From IMG/VR virus record IMGVR_UViG_3300042568_000467, positions 27,439-91,438 of that record: 64,000 nt of DNA; one strand, 5' to 3'. The notes under the pieces are model-generated. The model saw nothing but the letters and a program-made list of their open reading frames with translations. It was not told the origin of the DNA and did not search any database. The stretch comes from a virus. The position numbers and the translations under genes were made by a program. Position 1 is the stretch's first letter, and each line of letters begins with the position of its first letter. This document shows positions 20,342 through 31,295 of the stretch, in pieces.

Positions 20342-22470
20342 TATTTTATTCCTAACGTACGATACCAGTACTCTGCTTGAGCAGCATATCTAGCAGAAGC
20401 AGCAGCATCAGATTGAGACCAGCCTTGAGAAGTTAGACTCTTTATATATGCATCAGAATCAAACGGGGAGTCTGTTGGAACCTGAGTTGTAGAAACTGTA
20501 GCAGTTACGCTGGCGACATTTGTTTGAACTGGAGTAGATCCACTAGTCTCGCTCCATACGGTATCGTATCCTGCCCAAGAATTTAATATGTTTTCCTGCT
20601 TATAGTGTGCAACTATTTTTGTTCCAAATGCACCTCTTGTTTTTACTCTGTATTTACCATTTGGCTGATAGTTGCTAGCACCTGGTTGGCTTAATCCAAG
20701 ATACTTTAGGGCCTCTGAGCCGCTTGTAATATCTTTAGTCTGTGTTACATTAGACAGATCTTTGTACTCATATTGTATTGCATCGTACTCTATAATTTCT
20801 GAATCGATTACAAGGTACCCACTGTATTCATTTAAAATATTATTTTTAAGAGCATCGTTTGCAACAACTAAATTTAATTTTATATAGGTGCCTGTTCCAG
20901 ATAAGTCGAATGGACCAACAGATGGGCCAGGAATTGAAGGTATGTCTTGTTCTAAAGAAAGTGCTCCTAGATTTCTTTCATTAGATGCCCATATAGGTTG
21001 AGAGTTTCCAGTATAGTTATTTGTAGTAACGCTTTTCCACAAAACCTTTACCTGATTAGCCGATGGCAAATCCTGTTTTTCTAAAGATAGAATGTTTGGC
21101 AGGTTACTTCCACTAGCGCTATATCTAAACTCTAAAGGAGTTTTCCCAACTGTGCTAAACAAATATTCTCTAGTATAAAATTGTAAGATGTTGTTTTCAT
21201 CAAACACAGCTACCATTTGAGAATCTCGGCACAGTCTTTGTATCGAATCCCATACCGTTCCACCATCATCCGTCCACCAGTATCTTGGTGAAAATATTGA
21301 TGTGTCGGTAGATGTAATGTTAAAATTATAATTAGTAAATCCAATATTATCCAACAATGTTCTTACAATTGCTACTGTTGTATAGTCTTTACAAACTATG
21401 CTGGGTGCAATCATCTGTTGTAGAATTCTTGCTCCATCAAGAGCAGTCACAGAAATGTTTCCAAATTCTGATATCGACCAGCTATCTACATAGAACAAGC
21501 CTTGATTAATCTTATCGTATTTCCCAGAAGAGTCTGTTATTGCTCCATCGGTATGGTATATTTTAAAATAAGGAGATAACTCTATTCCTTTATACATATA
21601 AGTTTTTGTGGAATCAAAGGACATAGTCTTGTCAAAAGATACGACTTCTCTTGGATCCTCATATGATACAGCTGATAAGCTTAAAGAGTTTGCTGTTACA
21701 GATCCTACTGGAAGAATATCATCTGATCCGCTAGAAGTTTCTTTTGTAATATCAAAATCTACTACCCTATCTGTAATATCTTTTACCCATCTAGGAGACA
21801 TTTCAATAAGACCAATATATTTACCGCTAACCCCCGAAGTGGTTACTCTAAGACTTGTCATATTAATAGGAGCTGAAATAGAAGTAGGTTCTACTTTTAC
21901 CCATGATGTTCCATTATAATAAATTGTTACTGTGCCTGCATCTGAGCTGCTAGAAGATTTTATATCTGCACTTGTGCCTGTTGCTAGTTGTGTTGATCCA
22001 CTATATATAGTCCATGTAGATGGAGTAGAATGCCCCAACTCAAATCTAACAACTATTTTATTTGTTAATATTGTTTTTGGATAGGTAGCTGTTACATCTA
22101 ATCCAGTGCCTTTATCTGAAACATAGTATTTGTAGGTAGACTCTGCTCCAGGGTAATATGTTCTATAGCTTAAAGCATACTCACTACTTTTGGGATTTCT
22201 ATAAGTATTTAAACCAACGTCCCCAACAATAGCATACTTGATTCCCGCCTTTACTGGCCTGTTTTGTTTAATAACAGAATCTACTGGAAATAGTTTTTTA
22301 AATGGGTAGTATACATTATTAGCAGAATCTGTTCTGCTAATATCTGCACCAGATACAACAATGTTATCTACCAAAATATTCATATTATATTCTACTGTGC
22401 ACCCAGCATTTATTATAATTGTAGACTGTTGCTCTAATAGTGTTTTAAGAGAACTTGAGGCAGATATCAT
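20341..22470 (-). CDS. minor tail protein (hub/Tal-like)
   Basis: second gene after tape measure; VWDSIQRLC...AVFDENNILQF. Confidence 0.7.
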   Translation of the reverse strand: MISASSSLKTLLEQQSTIIINAGCTVEYNMNILVDNIVVSGADISRTDSANNVYYPFKKLFPVDSVIKQNRPVKAGIKYAIVGDVGLNTYRNPKSSEYALSYRTYYPGAESTYKYYVSDKGTGLDVTATYPKTILTNKIVVRFELGHSTPSTWTIYSGSTQLATGTSADIKSSSSSDAGTVTIYYNGTSWVKVEPTSISAPINMTSLRVTTSGVSGKYIGLIEMSPRWVKDITDRVVDFDITKETSSGSDDILPVGSVTANSLSLSAVSYEDPREVVSFDKTMSFDSTKTYMYKGIELSPYFKIYHTDGAITDSSGKYDKINQGLFYVDSWSISEFGNISVTALDGARILQQMIAPSIVCKDYTTVAIVRTLLDNIGFTNYNFNITSTDTSIFSPRYWWTDDGGTVWDSIQRLCRDSQMVAVFDENNILQFYTREYLFSTVGKTPLEFRYSASGSNLPNILSLEKQDLPSANQVKVLWKSVTTNNYTGNSQPIWASNERNLGALSLEQDIPSIPGPSVGPFDLSGTGTYIKLNLVVANDALKNNILNEYSGYLVIDSEIIEYDAIQYEYKDLSNVTQTKDITSGSEALKYLGLSQPGASNYQPNGKYRVKTRGAFGTKIVAHYKQENILNSWAGYDTVWSETSGSTPVQTNVASVTATVSTTQVPTDSPFDSDAYIKSLTSQGWSQSDAAASARYAAQAEYWYRTLGIK

Positions 22471-22943
22471 TAGACTTCATCCATTGTTAAAGAGACATTC
22501 CAATGCGGCTGTGTGCCTCTTTTAACTACGCTAAAGCTGCATTCACTAATAGCAACTGTATATGATTCATATCCTGAAGAAGATTGATCTGACCCTGTTT
22601 TTGCCAAGTTAATTCTAATATTAAATGTTTTCTTTCCGTCGTCGCTAAGGTAGAATTCTCTTAAGTCTTCTGCCCCCCAACCGCCATCGACTGTTAAACT
22701 TCTATATGAAGGCAGCATTTCCCATGACATAGAAAAACTCCTCTTATCAGCAATATGATTTTTTCTAAGTGTTCCATTAGATGTTCTAGTCGACATCTCA
22801 ATTCTTTCAATACCAATTTCTAGCGGGCTTCTATTGTGCTCTGTAACCTTATTCCAAATTTTAGTTGTGCCAGCAGGAGTAGCAAGCAAGTCCTTGGCTT
22901 CTATCCAAAGTACGGAGCCTCTAGGTAAAGATAAAGCTGGCAT
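22470..22943 (-). CDS. distal tail/minor tail protein
   Basis: immediately after tape measure; RTSNGTLRKNHIADKRSFSMSW. Confidence 0.65.
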   Translation of the reverse strand: MPALSLPRGSVLWIEAKDLLATPAGTTKIWNKVTEHNRSPLEIGIERIEMSTRTSNGTLRKNHIADKRSFSMSWEMLPSYRSLTVDGGWGAEDLREFYLSDDGKKTFNIRINLAKTGSDQSSSGYESYTVAISECSFSVVKRGTQPHWNVSLTMDEV

Positions 22944-25900
22944 TAGTATTTACCTCCTACATTTACTGGTCTACCTAGTGTAGCACCAACTAATTTCATT
23001 TTTGCTTCCATAGACTTCATAACATCATCCACTGTAACATTTGTACCATTTAGCTCAATATCAATATTATATATATTATTGCTATTTGGACTGTTAGAAA
23101 TATTTGGTATTCTAGTAGTCTGTTGTGATGGGATGTTAAATGCTGTATCAATATTAGGCTTTATTACTCCTGGCATTGTAGGCATAAAGATTTCTTGCTG
23201 ACGACCTAATGAGTTTATTCTATCATTAACCTCATACTTTCGTCCAGGGGTAACTGGTCCGCCAAGTGATCTACCGAGTGGTTTTGCTCTATCTCCAAAT
23301 CCCCATCCCGTTTTTAAGACTTCATAAGTCTTTCCGTTAAATTTAAAAAATTCTCCCTTTTGTAACTTAAGGGCAGATATAATATATTTGTCACCACCAT
23401 CATTCAGCGTTCCATCTTCATTTACGTACTGAGCAGAAATGCTATCAGTAGGAACTTGTAGAGGATTACCTTTACTTGTTCTATCACCCATAAAATTATA
23501 GGCATTAGCGCCACCAACTACTAATCCCTTGCCCCCAGTAGTACCACTGCCTTTTATATCTCCAATAAGATTTACAACTGAAGCTTGTACAGACATTTCT
23601 TTTACAGTTTTATCTAGTAGATCCTTTGCGCCTCCTGGAGTATTAGAAAATGTTTCTGGAATTCTGTGTCTTGCTTTTGCGCCCTTTGGAATTACTTTTT
23701 CAACAGACTTTGGTCCTCCAAGATCCCTGTTAAATGATTCTACTCCAGCTAAATCTGTTTTTTGTTGGGCGCTACCTTCATAGGCATCACCCATGATAAG
23801 CTTATTAAAAGCTGCTGAAGATAATGCTTTTTCTAAGCCAGACAGCTTATCCTTAAGACCATCAGATTGTGCCTGTAATTTAGATAAGCTTTCGCCTGCA
23901 AGCGCTGCTTTATCTGCTAGCTCTTGATTCTTCTTACCTAATTTATCAATCTTGTCTTGAATAGGCTTGATGTCTAGCTCTGCTTTAGCAATGATTGCTT
24001 CTTCTGCTTTTTTAGTTTGAACTTGATTTGTAAGTTGCTGAATAGCAATTTGAGATCTAGCAGCAGCATCTTGATCTCCACGAGCAATAGCTTGCTGGTA
24101 TTCTAATTGTAGTTTTTGTAATTCTAAATTATCATTTTCTGCTTGGCTTTGAGCACGAAGGGCTTTAATCTTAGCATCAGCAGCATCCTTAATCTTTTTA
24201 ATCTGTTCATTAAGTCCCTCTATTACCTTTCGGCTATCAATTTGCTGTTTAGCAGATTGTCCCTGAGCGGCCTTTTGAAGATCTTTAATTCTCTTCTGCA
24301 GTCCTTCATACTTTGCATACTGCTCTTTAATCCCAGCAGTGTTTTTAAGAGTAGCTGTAGTATTAGAAACAACTAGAGATTGCAATTTTAATGCGGCATT
24401 TGCAGCTTCTCCAGAAAGAGTCTGTAGGTCTAAATTAACTCCTTGTAATGCAAGCTGATACTTTGCCCATGCGGATGTAGCAGTATCTGTAGAATTTAAT
24501 ATTTTAGCAAGTTCAGGATTTTGTTTCTTTAATTCATCCAGAACTTCTTGATTAATTGCTACCTGGCCCTTGCCTGTTGTAGCCATCTTCTTTAATACTT
24601 GATCCATTGAGTCGCCAAACTCTAACTTATTTTTCTTTGCATTATCTTTTATCGCATTGCCAATTCCTTCAAAAGCAATCATAAGTGAATCTGCAGCCGC
24701 CTTAGCATCACCATCTGCCATTGCATCGTCAAAATTTCCTGCTGAAGATACTGCAGCATCTACTGCTGTTTTTATTGATCCGAACCCCTTTGTTCCAATT
24801 GCTCCAGCAGCTAATTGTGCCTTATTGGACTGAGACATAAGGGCATAGACTTTAGCTGTTGCAGTTTCAACATTATCTCCTAGAGACATAAACTGTGCCT
24901 TTAGTCTAGAAGCAACTGCGCCAACTTCAGAGTTACCCTTTTGATTAAATAGCTCAATAAGATCTGGCATCTTTTCTTTTGTTTCTTTACGAAGCTTTTT
25001 ATATTCTGCAATTGTCATCTTAATAGGAATGTTTGCCTGGAACATGCTTTCATAAAGCATGGTATTTCTTTCTTGTAATGCTTTAGAGTCTGCTACAGCT
25101 TTCTTTATATTAGCTCCATAATCAGACATTGAATATCCAGCTTTTTTAATTGCTTCAGATGACATTCCATATTCTAGTCTATTTATACGAAGCTCTTCTT
25201 GGTGATCCTTGTATAATTTAGTTAGTCCTTTTACTGCAAGTATCGTTCCAGTAATTGCAAGACCAACTGGACCAAAACCTTTAGCTAAAAATCCAAGTCC
25301 TCTTAGTACTGGGCCAAATCCTTTTGATAGTCCAGTTAGACTGCCTGCCTTTTTAGTGAAAGCATCGCTTAATTTTGTTGATCCAACACTCAGGACACCC
25401 ATTTTATTTTTCATTGTATCCATCAATGAATTTACTTTAGGAATCATTCTAAGCATTGGCATAAATGTCATTGCCATACCAGCACTGCTCATTAACTGTC
25501 CAGCACCGCCACCAATCATTGAGCCTGCGGCCATTAAACCCATACCGCCAAATGATGAGGCCATTCCGCCTCCCATAGATGGAGCTGCCTCTACTGGACG
25601 CTTGCTTCCTCTTCTTAAATACTGAACTCCCTTTACCATTCCGCCACTATTTAAATATTGAGTTCCTGGCACCATTCCGCCACTATTCATTCCAAACATT
25701 TGCTTTCTTATTTTAGAAGTTGACGGAGTCCATGATTTGTTATCCCAGTTTGCATATTTAGTTCTTAGAATTTCTCTATCAATTTTACTCAAGCTTTTGC
25801 CACCTGTGCTAAGCACATCGCCAGCTGATGATTTAATAAGTGCATCTACAATATCTGGCTCTAAAGCTTTTTTAAGATGTCCCTGAGCGTCTTTTACATA

Positions 25901-28900
25901 TCCATATGGCCTTTCTTTTTCAAGATTCTGAATAAGCTTTCCATACATTAAGTTTTGTGCTTTAGGAGTAAGACCTGAACTACCAAATAGCTTCTTGCCC
26001 ATACCAATAGACAATGCTGTTGCTCCCCAGTTGTCACCCATTTTGCCAAATCTTGCGCCAAGGTTTTTAAATGCAGTGCTCTTTAATACATTACCTACTG
26101 CTCCACCTCTGTTTAATTTTGTTGTAGAAAATAGTGATGATAGTATTTTTATAAATGGGTTTGACTCTTCTTTTGAATGATAAAATTTATTTGATTTTGA
26201 AGCTTCTAGATTTGAAAACTTAATTGATTTTCCACCAACTTGAATTTGATTTAAAAATCCAGTAGAGCTTCTTCTTGTTGGATGTGCAAAACTTCCTGGA
26301 GATCGTGACCACTTATCCCAAGCCCCTAAACCAATTGGATTACTTGCAAGCTCTTTTCTTAACAATTCTTCTGACACAGAATAAACTGGATTATTTTTAT
26401 CGTTAACTTTACCCATAGACATAACTTTTCTTGCATAAGAATTAAATATTAATTTTGATAGTCTTCTTTTTTCTGATTTTGAAATTACTCCTGAGTTAAC
26501 CAATCCATCTAAAAATACATCAGTAGATAATCTTGATCCGCCACCTCTTGCATTTACAGAGGCAAGGAGCACCCTTGGATCTACGCCTTCGGTTTCCATA
26601 TCTTTATTTATTTTTGCTGTTGATGCAGAAAATTTTCTACCAGCAACATTGCCTCCAAATACACCTGCATTGCCCTTTGGCTCATAGTATGGAGCATTTG
26701 CACGAGATGTTAATCTTCCTGGGAACATTTTGTCTATTAAGTTTTTTGAAACCATTGGCTTTTGTCCACCAAATTTTGTCATCTTTAAAAATGCTTGTAC
26801 GATTCCGCCTATATTATATTCACCAGTATTAGACTGCTGTCCGTTATTAATTGCTTGAAGCAATGGAAGATTTGCTGCGGTTGCCTCTTTGTTTACAACA
26901 AATTCACCTGGAGTAAGCATTGCTGGAACTGTATCTGTATTTCCAGTTCCTGGAACAATATTGCCTTGATTAAATTTTTTCGGTACTGTTGTTTCAATGT
27001 TATATCCAGCGCCAGAAGTTCTTACTCCAAGTATTCCAGATATTTTATTAATAAAATCTCTTGTTCTTCCCTTTTTGAACAATTCTCTCATATTAGATTT
27101 ACCAGTAGGATCTACAACTGGCTGATTAAGAGTAGGAACCATTGTTGTGTTAATCGTTCTTCCCATAGCCCCAGCTTGAGACTGAACTGCAGAAGCAATC
27201 ATTCTTTCTGTTTCTAAGTTAAGAGCAATAATTTTTGCTTTGGCTGCTTCTACGCTAAGCTTACCTGCACGAAGCTCTGCAACAATTAAAGCTGATTCTC
27301 TAGCGGCATTGTCTGTAAGCTTTGATACAACTGGAAGAATGTCATCAAACTGCATCATAAATTCTTTACTTACTGTGCCAGTTGCTGCAATTGTTTTCTT
27401 TAAGGTTTCAATTTCTACCTTTGATTGCATTCCTAAAGTAGCCATCATTGCATGCCATCTTGCTGCTTCTCCAGAAACTATACCAGTAGATACACCATTT
27501 ACTGATGTAACTCCAGGAACATTTGGCAAAGGCTCGTTCATATAAATTTGTGGGTTTTGACCAATTTTTTGATTTACAGGAATTGATCCTGGAACCATTC
27601 CAAATATAGTCTGTTGAAGTCTTTGAGCCTCTGTCATTCCAGCTCTTGGGACCATATGAGAACTTGCTCTTGTTCCTTGTGCTCCTGCTAATGGATGATC
27701 TGGATTTACTACTCTAGAGCCTCCCGCTGCCATCACGAGGTTCCCAGCCATTGTTGAAACTGCTGGATTAACACTCATCGCACCAGACTTTGCTTTTGCT
27801 TCTAGTATTGAAAATTCATCAATTAGATTACCAAGTGCTTGTTTTAATACTGCAGCTGCTTTTGCATCACTATAAAATGATTGTTCAACTAGTCTTCCTG
27901 CTTTTTCTGCAGCAAGCATCTCTGGTGTTAAATACTTCCATCCTTCTCCGCCTTTAAAGAATGCCTTCATGTGGAATATACCCTTTAGAATATATCCAAA
28001 GAAGTTTGCAAGCACACCAGTTAACATAATTACTGGACCAATCACTGCTGTAAATCCGCCAGCTAATGCTAGAACTTGCTTTACTGGTCCTGGCAAGTTG
28101 TTGGCAAATTGAACTACCTTATCAATAACCTGAATAAGAACTGTATTAATCTTTAAAAACTGTTCTCCAACTTCAGCTAGAGACGCTCTCAAGCTTTCTA
28201 TAGCTCTACGATATTTACCTGATGCAGACTCTGTTACAGCTGCTAATTCTCGATCAGCAACAGATGCTAAGTCTGACGTTGATGTTTTCATCAGATCTAA
28301 AACTTTTAGGGTTTGGCTTCCTTCTCTTCCTAAATTTTCAAACAAAGCATTTAGTCTTGAAAATTGAAACTTTCCAAACAGCTGCTCTATGGCCTGTTGT
28401 TTTTGCAATGGATTAAGTCTGTCTAATGCGCCTTGCAGCTCCATAAGTGTTCCAGTTAAATTACCAGCATTGTCATTTACTATTGAAAGTAAATCAATTC
28501 CTAAAGCTTTAAATTTTCCTTGTGCAACATCTGTTGGGTTAATCAAAGATGCAAGAGCTGACTTTAATGCGTTTGCTCCTTCTGAAGCATTAATGCCACC
28601 TTCACGCATAGCAGTTAAATAAAGGGCAAGGTCTTGTACGCTTCCGCCTAATCCCTGAATTACTGGACCAGCTTTTGGAATTGCTTCCACTAGGTCATTA
28701 AGAGTTGTTGATGTTTGGTTTTCAACTGCGTTAAGAAAGTTAATTGATTGTGAAAGCTCATCTGTATTTTGTTTAAATGCTGACTGAATTGCAAGTGTAG
28801 CTTTCATTGCTTCTTGTCTATCTACTTCACCAAGTACTGCGAGTCTTGTCGTTTCTTTAATAGACCCAAGAAGTTCATCTCCAGTTTTTCCAGTTGCTGC

Positions 28901-29686
28901 AATATCAGCTGCTAGCCCAATTGTTTCTTTAAAAGATACACCCATTGCTGCAGATATTTCTCTTGAAGTTTTAACTACATCATCTCTAACTCTACCTAGT
29001 TCAGCGGCTGAAGTTCCTGCAACATCCCCATAAACCTTTGTTAAACGAACTAGTTCTTGATCTGCTTCTCTAAATGCTTTTGCTGCTTGCGCTCCAAAAG
29101 CTATTAAAGGAACTGTTAATCCTACTGTTAACTGACGACCAGCCCACTGTGTATTTTTACCCCAGTTAATAAGTTGTCCAGCGCCATCCTGGATTACCTT
29201 ATTCATAATTTGAAGTTCTTGTCTTGCTATGGCGGTTTTGTTCTTTATTTCATCAAGCCCTCTTGGAACGTGCACATTGAACTGCATAAGTCCTTGTGCA
29301 TTTCTGCCTAGCGGTTGTAATACTGAGTTCTGTAAGGCTACTTGCTGTTTTGCTAAATCTCTTATAAGCCCACCAGATTGCTGTGCATGCTGTCTAAATG
29401 TGTTAAAGTATTGATTTAGTTTAAGTTTTCCGCCATCAAGATTTTTACCAAATTTTTCGACATCTGATTGTAGGCTTACAAAGTGTGTGGAGTACTGTCC
29501 TGTGCTTCTAAGGGTGTCAGAAAACGATCTATTCATTACGGCAATTTGATTTGCCAACATCTTGTTTGAGTTGGCTAATTGCTCTTGTAATTTAGATAGA
29601 CTAGAAGTAACCCTATGCACATCGGCGATAAGGGCTGAGAAGTCAGCGTTAGCGACTATTCGGGTACTTATTGTCTCTTCAGCCAT
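22943..29686 (-). CDS. tail tape measure protein
   Basis: 2247 aa, Ala/Leu helical; TP901-like core region; VPGTGNTDTVPAMLTPGEFVVN motif; follows the tail chaperone. Confidence 0.93.
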   Translation of the reverse strand: MAEETISTRIVANADFSALIADVHRVTSSLSKLQEQLANSNKMLANQIAVMNRSFSDTLRSTGQYSTHFVSLQSDVEKFGKNLDGGKLKLNQYFNTFRQHAQQSGGLIRDLAKQQVALQNSVLQPLGRNAQGLMQFNVHVPRGLDEIKNKTAIARQELQIMNKVIQDGAGQLINWGKNTQWAGRQLTVGLTVPLIAFGAQAAKAFREADQELVRLTKVYGDVAGTSAAELGRVRDDVVKTSREISAAMGVSFKETIGLAADIAATGKTGDELLGSIKETTRLAVLGEVDRQEAMKATLAIQSAFKQNTDELSQSINFLNAVENQTSTTLNDLVEAIPKAGPVIQGLGGSVQDLALYLTAMREGGINASEGANALKSALASLINPTDVAQGKFKALGIDLLSIVNDNAGNLTGTLMELQGALDRLNPLQKQQAIEQLFGKFQFSRLNALFENLGREGSQTLKVLDLMKTSTSDLASVADRELAAVTESASGKYRRAIESLRASLAEVGEQFLKINTVLIQVIDKVVQFANNLPGPVKQVLALAGGFTAVIGPVIMLTGVLANFFGYILKGIFHMKAFFKGGEGWKYLTPEMLAAEKAGRLVEQSFYSDAKAAAVLKQALGNLIDEFSILEAKAKSGAMSVNPAVSTMAGNLVMAAGGSRVVNPDHPLAGAQGTRASSHMVPRAGMTEAQRLQQTIFGMVPGSIPVNQKIGQNPQIYMNEPLPNVPGVTSVNGVSTGIVSGEAARWHAMMATLGMQSKVEIETLKKTIAATGTVSKEFMMQFDDILPVVSKLTDNAARESALIVAELRAGKLSVEAAKAKIIALNLETERMIASAVQSQAGAMGRTINTTMVPTLNQPVVDPTGKSNMRELFKKGRTRDFINKISGILGVRTSGAGYNIETTVPKKFNQGNIVPGTGNTDTVPAMLTPGEFVVNKEATAANLPLLQAINNGQQSNTGEYNIGGIVQAFLKMTKFGGQKPMVSKNLIDKMFPGRLTSRANAPYYEPKGNAGVFGGNVAGRKFSASTAKINKDMETEGVDPRVLLASVNARGGGSRLSTDVFLDGLVNSGVISKSEKRRLSKLIFNSYARKVMSMGKVNDKNNPVYSVSEELLRKELASNPIGLGAWDKWSRSPGSFAHPTRRSSTGFLNQIQVGGKSIKFSNLEASKSNKFYHSKEESNPFIKILSSLFSTTKLNRGGAVGNVLKSTAFKNLGARFGKMGDNWGATALSIGMGKKLFGSSGLTPKAQNLMYGKLIQNLEKERPYGYVKDAQGHLKKALEPDIVDALIKSSAGDVLSTGGKSLSKIDREILRTKYANWDNKSWTPSTSKIRKQMFGMNSGGMVPGTQYLNSGGMVKGVQYLRRGSKRPVEAAPSMGGGMASSFGGMGLMAAGSMIGGGAGQLMSSAGMAMTFMPMLRMIPKVNSLMDTMKNKMGVLSVGSTKLSDAFTKKAGSLTGLSKGFGPVLRGLGFLAKGFGPVGLAITGTILAVKGLTKLYKDHQEELRINRLEYGMSSEAIKKAGYSMSDYGANIKKAVADSKALQERNTMLYESMFQANIPIKMTIAEYKKLRKETKEKMPDLIELFNQKGNSEVGAVASRLKAQFMSLGDNVETATAKVYALMSQSNKAQLAAGAIGTKGFGSIKTAVDAAVSSAGNFDDAMADGDAKAAADSLMIAFEGIGNAIKDNAKKNKLEFGDSMDQVLKKMATTGKGQVAINQEVLDELKKQNPELAKILNSTDTATSAWAKYQLALQGVNLDLQTLSGEAANAALKLQSLVVSNTTATLKNTAGIKEQYAKYEGLQKRIKDLQKAAQGQSAKQQIDSRKVIEGLNEQIKKIKDAADAKIKALRAQSQAENDNLELQKLQLEYQQAIARGDQDAAARSQIAIQQLTNQVQTKKAEEAIIAKAELDIKPIQDKIDKLGKKNQELADKAALAGESLSKLQAQSDGLKDKLSGLEKALSSAAFNKLIMGDAYEGSAQQKTDLAGVESFNRDLGGPKSVEKVIPKGAKARHRIPETFSNTPGGAKDLLDKTVKEMSVQASVVNLIGDIKGSGTTGGKGLVVGGANAYNFMGDRTSKGNPLQVPTDSISAQYVNEDGTLNDGGDKYIISALKLQKGEFFKFNGKTYEVLKTGWGFGDRAKPLGRSLGGPVTPGRKYEVNDRINSLGRQQEIFMPTMPGVIKPNIDTAFNIPSQQTTRIPNISNSPNSNNIYNIDIELNGTNVTVDDVMKSMEAKMKLVGATLGRPVNVGGKY

Positions 29687-29697
29687 TTATGTTTATA

Positions 29698-30362
29698 TTA
29701 CTCCTTGGTGTATCCTAGTCCTTCTCCAATTCCGAATCCAGCCTGAGCTGCAAATCTTCCTTGTAGTGAAACGACATCATTGGGATTAGCATGTATTCCT
29801 GCTGCTCTCAATTCTATCTCTTCGAAACTAGAACCTTCTTCGTTTTCTTCTTCGTACTCACCTAAATCTACTCCCTTTAAAGATGCTAGAAACTTTCTTT
29901 CTCCGTGTTCCTTTTTCTTTAAAGCTTTAAGGGTAGCTATAAGTTCTGGCATTGATAAATTTTCTTCAAGTTCATCGTAATTTCTCCAATGTCCTAAAAG
30001 AAAAAGTTCTCCTTCTAAAGCGGCTAAGTCTAGTTCTGACCAGCCAGAACCGCTGCCGCTAGTAGGTTTGGGTCGTCAAGTTTAATTCCTCCGCAAACTT
30101 CTAGAATGCGGTTCATTGTTGGAACATCGATTGCATCTTCAAATGCTTCTCTGTCTGCTACCAAGTCTGGTAGTTGTTTTTCTAGTGCAATTGCACAAGC
30201 GTCAATTAAGATATTTAATGTTTCATCTTCTGTTTGGGAATCCCCAGTCTTTTTAATTGCAATCATGAACTTACGAAGTTCTTTAATAGAGAGTGGTTTT
30301 AGCTTTACGGTCTGTCCGTTTTGTAGCTGTACTTCTTCTACGTCATATACTGTTGTGGCCAA
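29698..30362 (-). CDS. tail assembly chaperone pair (G: 30030..30362; G-T fusion via -1 frameshift to 29698)
   Basis: Two ORFs between major tail and tape measure; downstream frame is -1 and open from slippery CCCAAAC at 30066-30072. Confidence 0.85.
30066..30072 (-). other. -1 programmed ribosomal frameshift heptamer C CCA AAC
   Basis: XXXYYYZ in the correct frame; the -1 frame has a TGA two codons upstream and stays open to 29698. Confidence 0.8.
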
Positions 30363-30423
30363 TTTAATCCTCCTAGGATCTAGTCTTAATTATTATAACA
30401 TATAGGCATTATCTATACAAATG

Positions 30424-30449
30424 GAAAACCCCCAGTTTCCTGGGGGTTC
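30424..30449 (-). terminator. intrinsic terminator after major tail gene
   Basis: - strand AACCCCCAG-GAAA-CTGGGGGTT followed by further T residues. Confidence 0.75.
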
Positions 30450-30469
30450 TCGCTAATAAATTAAATTTA

Positions 30470-31177
30470 TTATGCTACTAGTACACGGTCAATAATCTTG
30501 CCGTATTCTGAGCCAGCGTAGTTAGCATCTGGTAGAAGACGGAATGTTACTGGGAATGTAGTTGGAGTTGTACGTGCAAGAGAGAATTGTGACTGTTGTA
30601 CAGACAAAACTCTACGTGCATAATATACACGCTCTGAAGCTGTTGAGCTTGCTGTTGGTGCTAGACCTACTGCAATCAATTGACGCTCTGTTGGAGCTGC
30701 TCCTAGAGAACCTGCCTCAAGACCGAGGACATCCTTCTTTGTTAGTCCAGTTCCTGTTGTTGAAAGAGTTGATGCACTCTGTCCGAATACTGCTGCGATA
30801 TTCTCGAGAGTACCTTCTGACATTTCTGTTGCAATCATAACTTCCATCGCAGACTTGAACAGCTTAGCTGTATCAAGTAGCTGATCTACTGTTACTGAAT
30901 CGTATGTTGGGTTATAAGTAATTTGAAGACCATTGTTAGTAAAACCAACGTTACGGTATCCAAACTTTCCTGCTTCTTGATCAACAGCATTTAGTGTTGA
31001 TGTGTATGATACGCCTGATGCAAATGCTGGGACGCCTACTGTTCCTGCGCCTGATGCAACTGCTACGCCTGCTTCTGCGTTTGAGATGTAGTCTGAGTCG
31101 TTTACGTCAATTGTTGACAAGAACAACGGAGATGCACCAACGAGAATATTTTTAGCATTACCTACGGATTGTGCCAT
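30470..31177 (-). CDS. major tail (tube) protein
   Basis: position; NVGFTNNGLQITY, VDQLLD, FPVTFRLLPD; own promoter and terminator. Confidence 0.85.
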   Translation of the reverse strand: MAQSVGNAKNILVGASPLFLSTIDVNDSDYISNAEAGVAVASGAGTVGVPAFASGVSYTSTLNAVDQEAGKFGYRNVGFTNNGLQITYNPTYDSVTVDQLLDTAKLFKSAMEVMIATEMSEGTLENIAAVFGQSASTLSTTGTGLTKKDVLGLEAGSLGAAPTERQLIAVGLAPTASSTASERVYYARRVLSVQQSQFSLARTTPTTFPVTFRLLPDANYAGSEYGKIIDRVLVA

Positions 31178-31263
31178 AGTTTTCTTACCTCCTATATTTT
31201 AATATATATATATATTTTAAAATCTTAAATTAAAGCTGGCTAGGCTTCTTTCCTCTTAGGATA

Positions 31264-31292
31264 ATTTTATTCCATAATAGGTAAAAAGGCAA
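31264..31292 (-). promoter_or_regulatory. promoter TTGCCT-17-TAAAAT upstream of major tail gene
   Basis: same boxes and spacing as 36899..36927. Confidence 0.6.
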
Positions 31293-31295
31293 ACC

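Noticed and set aside
31200-31216. (AT)n run upstream of the major tail gene
   Set aside because: Short microsatellite in an AT-rich leader; no evidence of function.
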